Below, one piece after another: positions 53,704-55,767 of a stretch of 55,767 bases of DNA. Where the stretch lies: positions 90,229,965 through 90,285,731 of the forward strand of contig NC_068990.1 in assembly GCF_001194135.2 (NCBI RefSeq), written 5' to 3'. The position numbers and the translations under genes are program-made. Positions within the stretch are counted from its first letter, which is position 1. Every line of letters begins with the position of its first letter. The notes beneath the pieces are model-generated. The model ran no database searches, was not told where the DNA came from, and saw only the letters and a list, made by a program, of their open reading frames with translations. This stretch comes from Octopus bimaculoides (Eukaryota).

Positions 53704-54578
53704 CTCTCTCTCTCTCACTCACACACAGACACATTCCCCCATCTATATTGGAATGACCTCCTGTCTGACAAATTCTCGTCATAAACTGGTCAAGCGAATG
53801 CAATTGTAGTAGATACTCACACAAGGTGCAGTGCAAGGAGATCAAAGGCAGGACAACGGTGGTTGCACAGTGAAATAATCTAACTACACATCAATCCATG
53901 TCTGTGAGCTTCTTCTAGCTAACATCACAGGCAATATTAAATATATACTGTTCAAGAACGTAGAAGTGATGTATCTTTCATAGTCGGCGTATTCTTTGCA
54001 GTTCACCATAAGATTGAGGTGGGATGTGGTTGGCTATAATTGGCAAGGTTACTAGTGGGGTTACAGATAGAGTGGAAGCACTGTAATGAATACTTTTAGA
54101 ATTCTGATTAACAACCTATTGTTAAGAATATTCCATATATAATTTGGCTGCATTGGAATATTTTTCAGAGAAGAATAGTGACATATTGATAGATGCATAC
54201 ACACACACTCGCACTCATACACATACACACACATATGTGTGTGTATGTGTGTGTATATATATATATATTTATATATACACATACATACATGCATATATAT
54301 ATTTATATATATATAATTATATGTATATATATATGTACATACCAATATACAAGTATATATATAAAATATATAGTTTTAGGGAAAATAACCAAGTTTCAAG
54401 AACTCATCGATGAAAATCCACTATCACATATAGAAAAATTAATAATTAAAAGCACAATAAATGAGTATAATATAAAGTAAAGTAAATATCATAAAATAAA
54501 TATAATAAAAAGGTTACACGTGTTTCATAACTAATTTTCAAATAGAAAGGAAATTTAAATATATTAAAATTAATTGAA

Positions 54579-54690
54579 ATACCCTCCAGCCTTCGTCAGG
54601 TGTCTTGGGTAAATTTCGAACCTGGGTTCTCATTCCTAACGATGTTACTATTATTATATTGTTATTATTATATTGTTATTATTATTATTC
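54579..54690 (-). mobile_element. Hammerhead-bearing short retroposon, copy 3 (truncated in the helix II loop; 5' side runs into gap)
   Basis: Minus strand reads TAACATCG-TTAGGAATGAGAACCCAGGTTCGAAATTTACCCAAGACAC-CTGACGA-AGGCTGGAGGGTAT, with a 9-bp linker deletion. A degenerate (TAA)n precedes it. Confidence 0.75.
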
Positions 54691-55316
54691 CTATTATTAN
54701 NNNNNNNNNNNNNNNNNNNNNNNNNNNNNNNNNNNNNNNNNNNNNNNNNNNNNNNNNNNNNNNNNNNNNNNNNNNNNNNNNNNNNNNNNNNNNNNNNNNN
54801 NNNNNNNNNNNNNNNNNNNNNNNNNNNNNNNNNNNNNNNNNNNNNNNNNNNNNNNNNNNNNNNNNNNNNNNNNNNNNNNNNNNNNNNNNNNNNNNNNNNN
54901 NNNNNNNNNNNNNNNNNNNNNNNNNNNNNNNNNNNNNNNNNNNNNNNNNNNNNNNNNNNNNNNNNNNNNNNNNNNNNNNNNNNNNNNNNNNNNNNNNNNN
55001 NNNNNNNNNNNNNNNNNNNNNNNNNNNNNNNNNNNNNNNNNNNNNNNNNNNNNNNNNNNNNNNNNNNNNNNNNNNNNNNNNNNNNNNNNNNNNNNNNNNN
55101 NNNNNNNNNNNNNNNNNNNNNNNNNNNNNNNNNNNNNNNNNNNNNNNNNNNNNNNNNNNNNNNNNNNNNNNNNNNNNNNNNNNNNNNNNNNNNNNNNNNN
55201 NNNNNNNNNNNNNNNNNNNNNNNNNNNNNNNNNNNNNNNNNNNNNNNNNNNNNNNNNNNNNNNNNNNNNNNNNNNNNNNNNNNNNNNNNNNNNNNNNNNN
55301 NNNNNNNNNNNNNNNN

Positions 55317-55369
<53 letters not shown>

Positions 55370-55722
55370 ATGTACATTCATATATACATACATACACACA
55401 CCCGCATACATTCATACAGAGAGAGATAGAAGGGAAGAGGGAGAACGAATGAAAGAAAAGACAGAAATAATGAGAAACATGCGATGGTGAGAGAGAGGGA
55501 CTGTGAAAAGCAGAGAGAGACAACGAAAGAGAAATATAGAAAGGAATGTTACACGAGAGGACGCGACAGCATAATTAATTCACATATAATATACTATTCC
55601 ATTCGAACACAGGCATACATATACAAACTTGCATAGATCACAGATAGATCTACAACAGGTATTGATGCATTATCAATATATTCTACTATTTATCACTCAC
55701 AGGACCAATGCACATGTGTACG

Positions 55723-55767
<45 letters not shown>

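Overview
AT-rich, gap-ridden eukaryotic genomic DNA. The microsatellite load and SINE families resemble an octopod (Octopus-like) draft assembly; this is inferred from the repeats, not proven. No intact host gene can be supported: most ORF-track entries are N-gap or microsatellite artefacts, and only weak exon candidates remain (best: a beta-propeller-like frame at 14286-14648 on the minus strand). The window is mostly transposon debris: several tRNA-derived SINE families, a cluster of R4/Dong-type REL-LINE fragments inside trinucleotide microsatellites and flanked by ~200-bp direct repeats, an internally deleted D34D mariner, several MITEs, a probable lone LTR, and decayed Penelope-like element (PLE) pieces. 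The most interesting signal is a short retroposon family (three copies) with the layout tRNA-like Pol III head, (TAA)n, ~50-nt linker, minimal type I hammerhead ribozyme of PLE style, 3' hairpin. It looks like a SINE/PLE chimera carrying a self-cleaving RNA. Further degenerate hammerheads occur at 47543-47580 and 8283-8326, the latter downstream of a PLE GIY-YIG remnant. All protein and RNA assignments come from manual reading and need database and covariance-model confirmation.
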